NCBI GenBank assembly: GCA_035550795.1
Contig: DASZOL010000068.1
Span: 16,202-80,201, forward strand
Origin: Candidatus Methylomirabilota bacterium
Lineage (GTDB): Bacteria > Methylomirabilota > Methylomirabilia > Rokubacteriales > DASRDR01
Length of the DNA stretch: 64,000 nucleotides
Reading direction: 5' to 3'
Part shown: positions 37,685-47,408 of the stretch, piece by piece
Layout of the letters: every line of letters starts with the position of its first letter
How positions within the stretch are numbered: position 1 is the stretch's first letter
The notes under the pieces: model-generated
What the model was told of the DNA's origin: nothing
Database searches by the model: none
The model's input: the letters and a program-made list of their open reading frames with translations, nothing else
Translations under genes and position numbers: made by a program

Positions 37685-38725
37685 ATGGCGACGCTCTTCC
37701 CGTTCGGCGAGTACTGGTGGCTGTACGCGACCTTCAGCGGCGGCGTGCTGCTGCTCCTCCTCATCGACCTCTTCCTGCTACACCGCGACGCACACGAGGT
37801 GCGCTTCCGGGAGGCGGTCGGGTGGAGCGCGGCGTGGGTCAGCCTGGCCCTGGTCTTCAACGCGGCGCTGTATGCCTATGCGTCCTGGGCGTTTCCCCGG
37901 GATCCGCGGCTGACCGCGATCCCGGGGTTCGACTCGCAGGCGGCCGCCTGGCAGGTCGCACTCGAGTTCCTCACCGGCTACGTCGTCGAGTACTCCCTGT
38001 CCGTGGACAACATCTTCGTGTTCGTCCTGGTCCTCGGGTACTTCGGCGTCCCCGCGCGCTACCAGCACCGGGTGCTCTTCTACGGCATCCTGGGCGCTCT
38101 CGTCTTCCGGGGGATCTTCATCTCCCTGGGCGCCCTCCTCATGCAGTTCCACTGGGTGGTGTGGCTCTTCGGTTGCTTCCTGATCCTCACGGGGCTGCGG
38201 ATGCTGCGCGCCCCCGAGGGGGGCATGGATCCGGGGCGAAACCCGGTGATCCGGCTCGTTCGCCGCGCGCTCCCCGTCACGCACGAGCTGCACGGACAGC
38301 GCTTCCTCGTGCGCCAGGGTGGCCGGCTCTGGGCCACGCCGCTCCTCGTGGCGCTGCTCTGCCTGGAGGCAAGCGACGTGGTGTTCGCGATCGACTCCGT
38401 CCCCGCCATCTTCGCCCTGACGCGGGAGCCGTTCATCGTGTTCACGTCGAACGTGTTCGCCATCCTCGGGCTGCGGTCGATGTACTTCATGCTGGGAGGC
38501 GCCGTGGAGCGGTTCCACCTGCTACGCTACGGCCTGGCGGTGGTCCTGGTGTTCGTCGGGCTGAAGATGGTCTGGCTGGACGCGTGGTATGGCGGCAAGT
38601 TTCCGATCGGGATCTCGCTCGCCATCATCGGGGCCGTCCTCGGGAGCTCCATCGTCGCCTCGCTCATGTCGCGGCGTCGGGGCCCGGCCCTTGCGGGGAC
38701 GCGGTCGGAGGAGGTGTTGCGGTGA
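37685..38725 (+). CDS. TerC family integral membrane protein
   Basis: EYSLSVDNIFVFVLV and DSVPAIFALTREPFIVFTSNVFAILGLRS are duplicated TerC motifs. Confidence 0.85.
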   Translation: MATLFPFGEYWWLYATFSGGVLLLLLIDLFLLHRDAHEVRFREAVGWSAAWVSLALVFNAALYAYASWAFPRDPRLTAIPGFDSQAAAWQVALEFLTGYVVEYSLSVDNIFVFVLVLGYFGVPARYQHRVLFYGILGALVFRGIFISLGALLMQFHWVVWLFGCFLILTGLRMLRAPEGGMDPGRNPVIRLVRRALPVTHELHGQRFLVRQGGRLWATPLLVALLCLEASDVVFAIDSVPAIFALTREPFIVFTSNVFAILGLRSMYFMLGGAVERFHLLRYGLAVVLVFVGLKMVWLDAWYGGKFPIGISLAIIGAVLGSSIVASLMSRRRGPALAGTRSEEVLR

Positions 38726-39177
38726 CCGTGAGGGAGCTCATGAGCCAGCCCGCCGTCACCGTGGACGAGCGCACACCGGCACCGGAGGTCGCGCGCGTGA
38801 TGCAGGAGCACGACATCGGGGCGGTGGTGGTGGTGGACGCGAGCGGGCGGCTGTGCGGGATCGTGACGGAGTCGGACTTCACGGGCATCGGCCGGTGCGT
38901 GCCGTTCTCCCTGACGATGGCGCCCGTGGTGTTCGGTGCCCGGGCGGCGAGCATGGCCGAGCTGGAGCGGATCTATGCCATGGCGCGGAATCTCGCCGCT
39001 CGGCAGATCATGAGCGAGAGGGTGCACACCGCGGAGGAGTCCGAGGAGATCGGCGCCGTCGTGCACCGCATGCTCGCTCGCGATCTCAAGCACGTCCCCG
39101 TCGTGCGCGACGGCAAGCCGGTGGGGATGCTGGCGCGGCACGACCTGCTCAAGCTCATCGCGACACCGCCCCCCTGA
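38722..39177 (+). CDS. CBS domain pair protein
   Basis: VRELMSQPAVTVDE...DIGAVVVVD and IMSERVHTAEE...HVPVVRDGKPVGMLARHDLL. GTGA overlap with terC at 38722-38725, with GGAGGAGG upstream. Confidence 0.75.
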   Translation: MTVRELMSQPAVTVDERTPAPEVARVMQEHDIGAVVVVDASGRLCGIVTESDFTGIGRCVPFSLTMAPVVFGARAASMAELERIYAMARNLAARQIMSERVHTAEESEEIGAVVHRMLARDLKHVPVVRDGKPVGMLARHDLLKLIATPPP

Positions 39178-39245
39178 GACCGGGTCGCTGCGTCGGGTCG
39201 AGCGACGGACGCCGTCGGCGGTCGAGGCGGCCGGGTGGACGGCGA

Positions 39246-40616
39246 TCAGCCCGCCGGCCGCTTCGGGAGCCGGGCGATCCGCTCCGCCTGCGTGACGTAC
39301 CAGGCGAGGCCCGCGAGTGGATCGTCGCCGAGCGCGCGGAAGTACCAGTCATAGACTCGCCGCGGCGCCCTGTACGTGTCGCGGTACGCGCGGAGCCTCG
39401 CTCCGAGGCCCGGCGGCGGGCCGATGAGCCCGTCGTCCCGGTGCCACCCGAGCCGGCGGCGCCCCCAGTCGGCCAGGAACACGGCGAGCGAGAGCGCGTC
39501 CTCGACCGGGTTCAGGAACGTCAGCGGCTCCTCGCGCAAGGGCGGCGGAGCGACCGGCCCGCCGCGCTCGATCTCGATCGCGACGGCGGGGACGTCCAGC
39601 CCGGCCTCGATCTCGCACCAGACGCGGTACCCTAGCCGGCAGTTGATCTCAAGCAGCTTCGGGACGGCGTCCCGGGCATCGATCTTGAGCTGGGCCCGGG
39701 CGTGTCCGACATAGCCCACCGCCTGGAGCAGCGCAAGGATCTTCGAGGCGCTGGCCCGGTCCAGGTACGACGCGGTCGCGCACGATACGGAGGCGTAGGA
39801 CGGGAACACGGTGCGGAGCGTGCGACGCCCGTCGACGGCGAGGGGCCGCTGCGCGCGATCCAGGGTAACGTTGATGTTCACGCGCCGGTCCAGCCCGCCC
39901 GGGATCCACTCCTGCAGGACCGGCATCCCGAACGCCGGCTCCACGCGCCGGAGCGTGGCCTCCAGCTGCTTCGGGCCCGTCACCAGCTGGACGCCGCGCG
40001 AGCCCGAGGAGAAGCGCGGCTTCACGAAGAGCGGGAATCCCAGTTCGGCTGCCATCTCGGCGGCTTCCCCCCGCGCGGCGGGATGGTACGTGCGGGGACA
40101 CGGTACCCCCAGGTCGGACGCGAGCCGGGCGATGGCGTACTTGTCCATCGTCGCCCGCAGGACCGGCCACTCCGGCACCGGCACCGTGATTCCCTGCGCC
40201 GTGAAGCGCGCCTTGTTCCTCGACAGCAGGCAGACCTCCGGGTCCCACGTGGGGAAGACGACGTCGAGCCGCTCGCGCGCACAGATGTCGAGGACGCTCC
40301 GGACGAAGCGCTCCTCGACCGGGCTGTTCTCGTCGGCAACCTCGCCGCGCTGCCAGCCCCGCACCGCCAGCGGCACCGGGTACACGGCGTCCGTGAAGCG
40401 CGACACGGCGGCGGGCGCGAGCCGCCCGAGCAAGCCGTGGCCCTCGTACCGCGTCGCGACCAGCCGCGCCGCGCGCGGCCGGAGCGCGCGGACGGTGCAG
40501 TACGCCTGACCGTTCCACGGGTTCGTGACAAGGACGCGCAGGCGCCTCTCGGCGTGGCGGCCGCCGAGCGGCCGGGAAGCTGGGGCGGGCCACGGGCTCG
40601 CGGTATCATGGGCCAT
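39246..40616 (-). CDS. ATP-grasp domain protein
   Basis: Only the last 456 codons of the 1150-aa ORF look real (MAHDTASPW... start at 40616). LGVPCPRTY...GFPLFVKPRFSSGSRGV...LQEWIPG...LLEINCR matches ATP-grasp architecture. Confidence 0.7.
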   Translation of the reverse strand: MAHDTASPWPAPASRPLGGRHAERRLRVLVTNPWNGQAYCTVRALRPRAARLVATRYEGHGLLGRLAPAAVSRFTDAVYPVPLAVRGWQRGEVADENSPVEERFVRSVLDICARERLDVVFPTWDPEVCLLSRNKARFTAQGITVPVPEWPVLRATMDKYAIARLASDLGVPCPRTYHPAARGEAAEMAAELGFPLFVKPRFSSGSRGVQLVTGPKQLEATLRRVEPAFGMPVLQEWIPGGLDRRVNINVTLDRAQRPLAVDGRRTLRTVFPSYASVSCATASYLDRASASKILALLQAVGYVGHARAQLKIDARDAVPKLLEINCRLGYRVWCEIEAGLDVPAVAIEIERGGPVAPPPLREEPLTFLNPVEDALSLAVFLADWGRRRLGWHRDDGLIGPPPGLGARLRAYRDTYRAPRRVYDWYFRALGDDPLAGLAWYVTQAERIARLPKRPAG

Positions 40617-40721
40617 GCGATCTTCGGCGATGTCGGTGGAGGTGGCGGTGCGTGCCGACGGCGAGGTGCTGGGGAGCGCCTGGTCCGGCATGCGCGGCGG
40701 ATTATAGCAGAGCCGGATCCC

Positions 40722-43079
40722 GTGAACCCGCCCGCGCCGCGCGCGATCCCTCTCGTCGCCCTCGCGCTCAGCGCCCTCGCGGCCGTCGTGGGCGGGGGCG
40801 GCGTGTGGATCCTCTGGTGGCGGCTCGGCTACCCCGCGGGTGCGTTCGTCCCGGGCCTCGAGGGACACGGTCCCGACGCCCTCGCCTGGCCTCGCCTTCT
40901 CGCCGTGTGGACGCCCGCCGCGCACCTCCTGTTCACTACCCTCCACGCCTGGCTTGCGCGCCGCCCGGGTCAACGATCGCTCCGCCCGCACCTGGTGGCC
41001 GACCAGTTCGTGGCGCTCACCCTCGCACTCGTTCTGGTCGGGGCGCTGCTGGGGCTGCGGGGCCACCCGTCGTGGCGCTTCGGCCTGGGAGCCTGGTACG
41101 TCCTGTTCATCAGCGCAAGGACGGCCGTCCTGCTCCGGGCGCTCTGGGTGTGGCTGGCGGCGACGTCGCCAGGGGCGCCGCGGGCAGGGGTGACCGTGCT
41201 CGGGGCCGCGCTGGTTCCGTACCTCCTGCTCGGCGCCCACGTGACGACGACCATCTCGGCGACGAGCGACGAGCCGTACTACCTCCTGGTGGCGCACAGC
41301 CTCGTCCACGACGGCGACATCGATCTCGCCAACAACCTCGCCGAGCGCCATTATCGCCCGTTCTACTGGGACCGTCTGACCGCCGCTACCCCCGGAGTCC
41401 GCGCGACGGAGGACGGGAGGATCTACGCGTCCTCCTTCCAGGGAATGCAGGTCGCGCTGCTCGTGCCCGGCTACTGGCTGGCGGGGCGGCTTGGCGCGGT
41501 GGCCACGCTGAGTCTCGCCGGCGCCCTGGCCCTGTCGCTCACCTTCCGCCTGGCCTTGCGGGCGGGCGCGAGCTTGCGGGCCGCCTTCCTCGCGTGGCTC
41601 GGCGCGGCCTTCTCGGTTCCCGTCCTGAGCTACGTCGTGTCGCCATGGCCGGAGATGACGGGCGCCCTCTGCCTCACCGCGGCCGCCTTCTTCCTCTCCG
41701 GCGAGGGCCGCCGGCCGCGGGCCCTCGCGATGGCCGGCCTCTGCCTGGCGGGGGCGGTGCTCGTCAAGACGCGCCTGTTCGTGGCGGCGGTGCCGGTCGC
41801 GATCGCCTTCGTCCGACGGCTCAGCTGGCGCACCCTGGTGGGCGTGGGCGCGGCCCTGTCCGCTGGCTTCCTCGTCATGGCCGCTTACGACAGCCTCGCG
41901 CAGAACGCCCTGGTCGCGCGCCGCCTGGGCGTCCTGGGACCCCTCGGCACGCTTGCCTGGCTCGTGAACTGGATCGTCCGCGCGCCCACGGAGTACCGCG
42001 GGCATCTCGGTCTGCTCCTGGACCAGGAGTTCGGCGTGCTCTTCAGCGCCCCGGTGTTCGCGCTCGCCCTCGCGGGTGTGGTGGCCGCCGGGCGGGAGCG
42101 GCGGGGGCGACTCGTGCTGCTCCTGGCGGGCCCGTTCGTCCTCGCGTGGTACCTCCTCGGCGCCGTCGCGATCGCACGCACCACCGAGGCGCCCCACTGG
42201 AACGGCGGTTTCAGCCCGCCCGGCCGGTTCGTGGCCGTCGCCCTGCCCCTCCTCGCCGTGTGCACTGCGCTGCTGCTGGACCGCATCCGCGGGCGTGCCG
42301 CGTGGACGGTGGTCGGCGCCCTCTACGCGCTCACGCTGGGTCACGCGCTGCTCGTCTCGCTCTGGCCGGCCTGGCGGTTCCAGCACGGGATCGGGCGCGC
42401 CACCGGACTGGTCGAGCTCTTCCGGCTGACGGGCATCGACGCGGGGCGCCTGCTGCCCTCCTACATCGCCCCGGGGCCAGGATGGGTGGCGCCGGGTGTG
42501 GGCCTGCTGATGGCGATCGCCCTCGCGGGATGGATGGCGGCGGGCTGCGCCGGTGCGCCGCCGCCCCGTGGCGTCGGCCTCGCGGGCGGCGCCGTCGCCG
42601 GCGCCCTCGCGCTCCTCGTCGTGCTCGGGCCGGCGCTCGTCGCGGCGGGGCGCTACCCCGCGGTGCTGGGTCGCGGCCGGGGAGGTGTCAGCTTCCACGG
42701 CCGCATTCCTGTCGACGCGGGTGCGGGGAGTCAGCTGCGGGAGCGGCTCGTCTGGGCGGCGCAGCGTCCGGCGGTGCTCGAGCTGGCACCGCGCATCCCC
42801 CGGGGCGATTACCGGCTCGTGGTGCGCGCCGGCGCCCAGGGCGAGCCGGCGGGTGTCTCCCTCCGGATCCGCGCCGGCGACGGCGTGGACACGGTGCTGC
42901 CCATCGACGCCGGCGCGGCACCCGTCTGGCGCGAGCGGGAGTACGCCGCCGACGTGGTGTGGCCCGGGGGACGCCTTCCCATCCGGCTCGAGCTGACCGG
43001 CATCTCACGGACGGACCCGCAGCGCTTCGCGTATCTCGACGCGATCGAGGTGCGCCGGTCTGGCCACGGGCGACGATAG
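40722..43079 (+). CDS. GT-C fold membrane glycosyltransferase (ArnT/PMT, GT39/83-like) with a C-terminal soluble domain
   Basis: At least 12 hydrophobic segments. An SDEPYYLLVAHSL motif (DE in the first outer loop) is characteristic of GT-C enzymes. The last ~150 aa or so are non-membrane. The start is uncertain: GTG 40722 is preferred, but an in-frame ATG at 40608 would overlap the divergent gene. Confidence 0.6.
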   Translation: MNPPAPRAIPLVALALSALAAVVGGGGVWILWWRLGYPAGAFVPGLEGHGPDALAWPRLLAVWTPAAHLLFTTLHAWLARRPGQRSLRPHLVADQFVALTLALVLVGALLGLRGHPSWRFGLGAWYVLFISARTAVLLRALWVWLAATSPGAPRAGVTVLGAALVPYLLLGAHVTTTISATSDEPYYLLVAHSLVHDGDIDLANNLAERHYRPFYWDRLTAATPGVRATEDGRIYASSFQGMQVALLVPGYWLAGRLGAVATLSLAGALALSLTFRLALRAGASLRAAFLAWLGAAFSVPVLSYVVSPWPEMTGALCLTAAAFFLSGEGRRPRALAMAGLCLAGAVLVKTRLFVAAVPVAIAFVRRLSWRTLVGVGAALSAGFLVMAAYDSLAQNALVARRLGVLGPLGTLAWLVNWIVRAPTEYRGHLGLLLDQEFGVLFSAPVFALALAGVVAAGRERRGRLVLLLAGPFVLAWYLLGAVAIARTTEAPHWNGGFSPPGRFVAVALPLLAVCTALLLDRIRGRAAWTVVGALYALTLGHALLVSLWPAWRFQHGIGRATGLVELFRLTGIDAGRLLPSYIAPGPGWVAPGVGLLMAIALAGWMAAGCAGAPPPRGVGLAGGAVAGALALLVVLGPALVAAGRYPAVLGRGRGGVSFHGRIPVDAGAGSQLRERLVWAAQRPAVLELAPRIPRGDYRLVVRAGAQGEPAGVSLRIRAGDGVDTVLPIDAGAAPVWREREYAADVVWPGGRLPIRLELTGISRTDPQRFAYLDAIEVRRSGHGRR

Positions 43080-43086
43080 TCGGGCC

Positions 43087-43965
43087 ATGCCGGAGCCGAT
43101 CGAGCACGCGGACTGGATGCCGGCAGCGGACGGGCATGGGCCGGCCGACCCTGCCCACCGGCGACCGCGCCACCCGGGGCCGGTGGCGAGGCTCCTGGCG
43201 CGCCAGGGGCGCCTCCTCATCGGGTCCGCGTCGGTCGGCATGTTCCTGGCGGCGTGGGAGGCGGTCGGCAGGAGCGGCCTGGTGAGCCCGCTCTTCCTCA
43301 GCTCCCCCTCGGCCGTGGTCGCGGCCGGGGCGGCGATGTGGGCGAGCGGCGAGCTGATGGAGCACATCCGCGTGAGCGCGGGGGAGTTCGCCCTCGGCTA
43401 TCTCGCGGCCGCGGGCACCGCCATCCCGATCGGGCTGGCGATCGGATGGTATCGTCGCCTCGAGTACGCCGCCGACCCGTTCCTGTCCGCGCTCTACGCG
43501 ACGCCGCGGGTAGCGCTGATCCCGCTCGTCGTGCTCTGGCTCGGTATCGGCGTCTGGTCGAAGGCCGCGGTGGTGTTCCTGGGCGCGTTCTTTCCGATCT
43601 GCATCAACACCGTCGCGGGGGTGAAGACGGTGAGCCACGTGCACGTGAGGGTCGCGCGGAGCTTCCGGGCGAGCGACGCGCGCCTGTTCCGGACGATCGT
43701 GTTGCCGAGCTCGGTCCCGTTCGTGCTGGCCGGGCTGCGGCTGGGGATCGGGCGCGGCCTGGTGGGCGTGGTCGTGAGCGAGCTGTACGGCGCCTCGGCC
43801 GGGCTGGGATTCCTGATCGCGACCGCTGGCGCGACCTTCCAGACGGACAAGGTCTTCGTGGGCATCGCGCTGATCGCGGCGTTCGGCGTCGTCTGCAACG
43901 AGATCCTCGCTCGCGCGGAGGCCCGTGTCGAGGGTTGGCGCCCGCCGGTGGGACCCGCCCGGTGA
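43087..43965 (+). CDS. ABC transporter permease (NitT/TauT, SsuC-like family)
   Basis: FFPICINTVAGVKTV...RSFRASDARLFRTIVLPSSVPFVLAGLRLGIG matches the EAA-loop region of this family. Confidence 0.8.
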   Translation: MPEPIEHADWMPAADGHGPADPAHRRPRHPGPVARLLARQGRLLIGSASVGMFLAAWEAVGRSGLVSPLFLSSPSAVVAAGAAMWASGELMEHIRVSAGEFALGYLAAAGTAIPIGLAIGWYRRLEYAADPFLSALYATPRVALIPLVVLWLGIGVWSKAAVVFLGAFFPICINTVAGVKTVSHVHVRVARSFRASDARLFRTIVLPSSVPFVLAGLRLGIGRGLVGVVVSELYGASAGLGFLIATAGATFQTDKVFVGIALIAAFGVVCNEILARAEARVEGWRPPVGPAR

Positions 43966-44837
43966 CTGCGCCCGTCGACGGCGGCCCGCCGCCCCGTCTC
44001 CAGGCGGTGCACCTCGGCAAGGAGTTCGAGCAGCCTCGCCTCGGCCGGCGTATCACCGTCCTCGACGACCTCACGCTGGCGGTGGGGCGCGGGGAGTTCC
44101 TGGCGCTGGTCGGGCCCAGCGGATGCGGCAAGACGACCCTGCTTCACGTCCTCGACGGGCTCGTGCCGCCGACTCGCGGGCAGGTGCTGATCGACGGGCA
44201 GCGCGCCTCGGCCCTCGGCCGGGAGCGGGCCATGGTGTTCCAGGACGCGGCCCTCCTGCCCTGGCGGACGACCGTCGAGAACATCGCCTACGGGCTCGAG
44301 TGCCTGGACGTCCGGCGTCCGGATGCCCTGGCCGCGGCTCGGCGATGGCTCACCGCGGTGGGCCTCGAGGGCTTCGGGGAGCACTATCCCCACGAGCTGT
44401 CGGGCGGGATGCAGCAGCGCGTGAACCTCGCGCGGGCCCTCGCGGTCGAGCCGGCGATCCTCCTCATGGACGAACCCTTCGCGTCGCTGGACGCCCAGAC
44501 GCGGGAGACGATGCAGGCCGAGTTCCTGCGGATCTGGGCCCGGACCGCGAAGACGGTGGTCTTCGTGACCCACATGATCTCGGAGGCGCTGTACCTGGCC
44601 GATCGGGTCGTCGTCTTGACCGGCCGGCCGGCCAGGGTCCAGGAGACGATCGCGGTGGAGCTCCCGCGCCCGCGCGACCACTCCGTCCGCCGAACCGCCT
44701 GGTTCCGCGACTGCGAGGACCACGTGCGGGAGCTCCTGTCGGCGGTCGCGCCCCCGGACCGGGTCCGTGGCGCCGGCGCGGCCGAGCTCAGTTCGGGGGA
44801 CGGAGCCGGTCGAGCCAGCCCTCGCGGTCGAGCCTGA
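43962..44837 (+). CDS. ABC transporter ATP-binding protein (NitT/TauT family)
   Basis: Walker A GPSGCGKTT, signature LSGGMQQR, Walker B LLMDEP. GTGA overlap at 43962-43965. Confidence 0.85.
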   Translation: MTAPVDGGPPPRLQAVHLGKEFEQPRLGRRITVLDDLTLAVGRGEFLALVGPSGCGKTTLLHVLDGLVPPTRGQVLIDGQRASALGRERAMVFQDAALLPWRTTVENIAYGLECLDVRRPDALAAARRWLTAVGLEGFGEHYPHELSGGMQQRVNLARALAVEPAILLMDEPFASLDAQTRETMQAEFLRIWARTAKTVVFVTHMISEALYLADRVVVLTGRPARVQETIAVELPRPRDHSVRRTAWFRDCEDHVRELLSAVAPPDRVRGAGAAELSSGDGAGRASPRGRA

Positions 44838-45852
44838 GCATCGGACCGGGATCGATGATGTCGAGAGGCCCCAGTCGCTCCACCCCCGTGATGGTACCCA
44901 GCTCGGCCAGCGCCCGGAGGACCGACGCCGTCCCGGCCAGGGGCGGGATCGGCTTCCACGAGAGCTCGGTGAGCGCCTCTCGATAGGCGGTCTCGAGCAC
45001 CTCCCCCTCCGCGAGTCGCATGTGCTTGCCGATCACCTTCCGGACCGCCGATCCGTTACCGGGGTCGAGCACGAACGCGACCCCCTCGACGATCGCGCGC
45101 AGGGCGCCCTCGGCCAGCGTCGGGCTCGACCGCAGGAACGCGCGCGTGGTGGCGATCCCGGTGTGCAGCCACGAACCGCCGGCGGCCCGGAGATCGAGCA
45201 GGACGCGGTAGGGGGGCCTGGACATGCGGGCGACGCCATGCGGCGCCAGCATGGCGGCGTCGATGCTGCCCGCCATCAGGGCGGCCACCCGCTCGATCTC
45301 GGGGCCGATGGAGAGGAAGGTGATCCCGTCCCGCCGGGGCTCGAGGCCGAGCTGCCGGAGCGCAATGTGCGACGCGAGGTGAGAGGCGCCGCTCAGCGTC
45401 GTCACCCCGATTCGCTTGCCCCTGAGATCCGCTGGCGCCCCGATCCGCGGGCCGACGACGAGCATGTACGGCATCCTGTCGACCAGGCTGAGGACCATGA
45501 CCAGGTCGGCGCCGCGCGTGGCGGGGCCGACCACCTGAGTCACGCCCACCGACGCGAGCTTCACCTGGCCGCTCAGGAGGGCCGCCGTGGTCACGGTCCC
45601 GCCTCGGATCATCTGGAGGTCGGCATCGATGCCGTACTTGCCGAAGTAACCCTCGTCGGCCGCGGTCCAGAGCGGGACCGCGGACGCGCTCGGGGAGCCG
45701 ATGCCGATCACCACGCGGGTCCGGGCGTCGGTTTCTTGCGCCCAGAGGAGCAGGACCGTCAGCGCGGACACCGCGGCGCCCCGGAGGCCCCAGCGCCGGC
45801 CTCCCGCCGCCCCGGATGCCGCCGGCGCCCCCCCGGGGGCGCCGGCGGTCAC
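44788..45852 (-). CDS. ABC transporter substrate-binding protein (NMT1/SsuA-like); start uncertain
   Basis: The mature domain starts at TRVVIGIGSPSASAVPLW, after the RR-containing hydrophobic segment GGRRWGLRGAAVSALTVLLLWA. GTG 45852 is chosen as the start. The ORF continues to 46326, and GTG 46257 forms a GTGA overlap with the upstream stop. It overlaps the convergent ATPase gene by 50 nt. Confidence 0.6.
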   Translation of the reverse strand: MTAGAPGGAPAASGAAGGRRWGLRGAAVSALTVLLLWAQETDARTRVVIGIGSPSASAVPLWTAADEGYFGKYGIDADLQMIRGGTVTTAALLSGQVKLASVGVTQVVGPATRGADLVMVLSLVDRMPYMLVVGPRIGAPADLRGKRIGVTTLSGASHLASHIALRQLGLEPRRDGITFLSIGPEIERVAALMAGSIDAAMLAPHGVARMSRPPYRVLLDLRAAGGSWLHTGIATTRAFLRSSPTLAEGALRAIVEGVAFVLDPGNGSAVRKVIGKHMRLAEGEVLETAYREALTELSWKPIPPLAGTASVLRALAELGTITGVERLGPLDIIDPGPMLRLDREGWLDRLRPPN

Positions 45853-46253
45853 GGGAGGCTGCGGAAGGGGGGCACGAGCCACTCGATCAGCCGGGGCCGG
45901 AGGCTGCAGTGGTGCCGGGGCTCGTGGGCGACGTGTCGCGGCGTCCCTGAGGTCGTCGGCGAGCACGATGCCCCTTTTCGGCCAAGGGAGGCCTCGCGGG
46001 AGCGCGGCGGACGAGGCGGCGGCTTTGCCGGATGGGTGCGCGGTTGGCGCGGTCCATGTCAAGGGCGGCGTGCCAGCCGGCGACGCGCCCGGCGCCCCGT
46101 CCTGGCGAACGCTCGCGCCGCGTCGTGATCGCGGGGGGGCGTCGCCGCCGGGAGATCCCCCGGGGTGCGCTCGGTGAAGACCCCGCTGAGGGCTCCGACC
46201 GGAGGCCGCCTGGCCAGGCGGAGGTGGCACGTCCCCAGCAGTCAGGGCCGCGG

Positions 46254-47408
46254 TCACGAGAACTGCCGCCAGAACTCCCGCGAGGCCAGCCGGGCGCCCT
46301 CGGCGAGGCTGGCGAGCTTCGCCCACACGACGCCCGGGTCCACCGCGGCCTGGCCGACCCAGGTGCCGTAGCCGCAGTCGGTGCCGGCGATGACGTTCTC
46401 GCGGCCCACCAGCTTGGCGTACCGCCCGATGCGCTGGGCCACCAGCTCAGGGTGCTCGATGTAGTTCGTCTTCGACTCGAGCACCCCGGGAATGAGGACC
46501 TTCCCCTCGGGCAGGCGCACACGCTCGAACAGCTGCCACTCGTGCGCGTGCCGCGGGTTGGCAGCCTCGAACGAGATACCGCTGGGCCGGGCCGCGAACA
46601 CGATGTCGACGATGTCCCGGAGCGGCACGTCGTAGTGATGGGGTCCCTCGTAGTTGCCCCAGCACACGTGCATGCGGACGCGGTCCGGCGGCACGCCGGC
46701 GAGGGCGTGGTCGAGCGCCTCGACGTGGAGCCGCGCCATCCGGCGGAACTCCTCGAGGCTCAAGTCGGCGAACTGGATGTGCCGCCCCATCGCGAGGTCC
46801 GGACAGTCCACCTGGAGCAGCAGCCCCGCGCGGACCACGGCCTCGTACTCGTGCCGCATCGCGTCCGCGATGGCGAAGAGGTAGGCCTCGTGGCTCGGGT
46901 AGTGGTCGTTGCGGAAGAAGAGGGAGATGACGCCCGGCGAGGCCGCGGTCAGGAATGCCTCCTCCGCCTGGACCTCGGCCAGCGCCGCCTTGAGGTTCTC
47001 GGCGTCGGTCTCCGCGGCCCGGGCGTCCCGCACGGCGATCGGTCCGTTGCAGGCCGGGGTCCGGCGCCGGGCCCGCCCCGGATCGCCGAAGACTCGCCGC
47101 GCCAGCTCGGGGAAGTCCACCAGGTCCCGGTACTGCAGCGGCTGGCTCGTGCCGCCGAACCCGGCCAGGCGGTCCTTGACGTAGGTCGCGTAGCTCGGCT
47201 TGCTGAGCTCGCCGTCGTCGATCACGTCGAGTCCGGCGTCGGCCTGCTTCCGCACGACCTCGGCCACCGCCGAGCGGGTGCGGGCGGCCAGGGCGGCGCC
47301 ATCCACCGGGACCCCCTCCTCCCGGGCGAACATGGCGCGAACGAGGTCGTCGGGCCGGGGCAGGCTGCCGGTATGCGTGGTGAGGAACCGGCCGCTGCTG
47401 CGCTTCAT
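46254..47408 (-). CDS. cobalamin-independent methionine synthase family (MetE-like) protein
   Basis: MKRSSGRFLTTHTGSLPRP start at 47408. MHVCWGN (HxC) and GTDCGYG motifs. ATGA overlap with the upstream paralog at 47405-47408. Confidence 0.75.
   Translation of the reverse strand: MKRSSGRFLTTHTGSLPRPDDLVRAMFAREEGVPVDGAALAARTRSAVAEVVRKQADAGLDVIDDGELSKPSYATYVKDRLAGFGGTSQPLQYRDLVDFPELARRVFGDPGRARRRTPACNGPIAVRDARAAETDAENLKAALAEVQAEEAFLTAASPGVISLFFRNDHYPSHEAYLFAIADAMRHEYEAVVRAGLLLQVDCPDLAMGRHIQFADLSLEEFRRMARLHVEALDHALAGVPPDRVRMHVCWGNYEGPHHYDVPLRDIVDIVFAARPSGISFEAANPRHAHEWQLFERVRLPEGKVLIPGVLESKTNYIEHPELVAQRIGRYAKLVGRENVIAGTDCGYGTWVGQAAVDPGVVWAKLASLAEGARLASREFWRQFS

Noticed and set aside
39178-39245. 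Small hairpin CGACGG-ACG-CCGTCG (39203-39217) between the convergent CBS and ATP-grasp genes, considered as a terminator.
   Set aside because: The stem is only 6 bp and there is no U-tract on either strand. This is too weak to call an intrinsic terminator.
39246-42698. 1150-aa ORF on the minus strand. Similar giants occur at 47405-50605, 14061-16400, 9274-11301, 25642-27270 and 50853-52769.
   Set aside because: Only the 3' portions of two of them (39246-40616 and 47405-48553) encode recognisable proteins. The rest are Arg/Pro/Gly/Glu-rich low-complexity translations antisense to well-supported genes. That is the expected shadow-ORF artefact of high-GC DNA.
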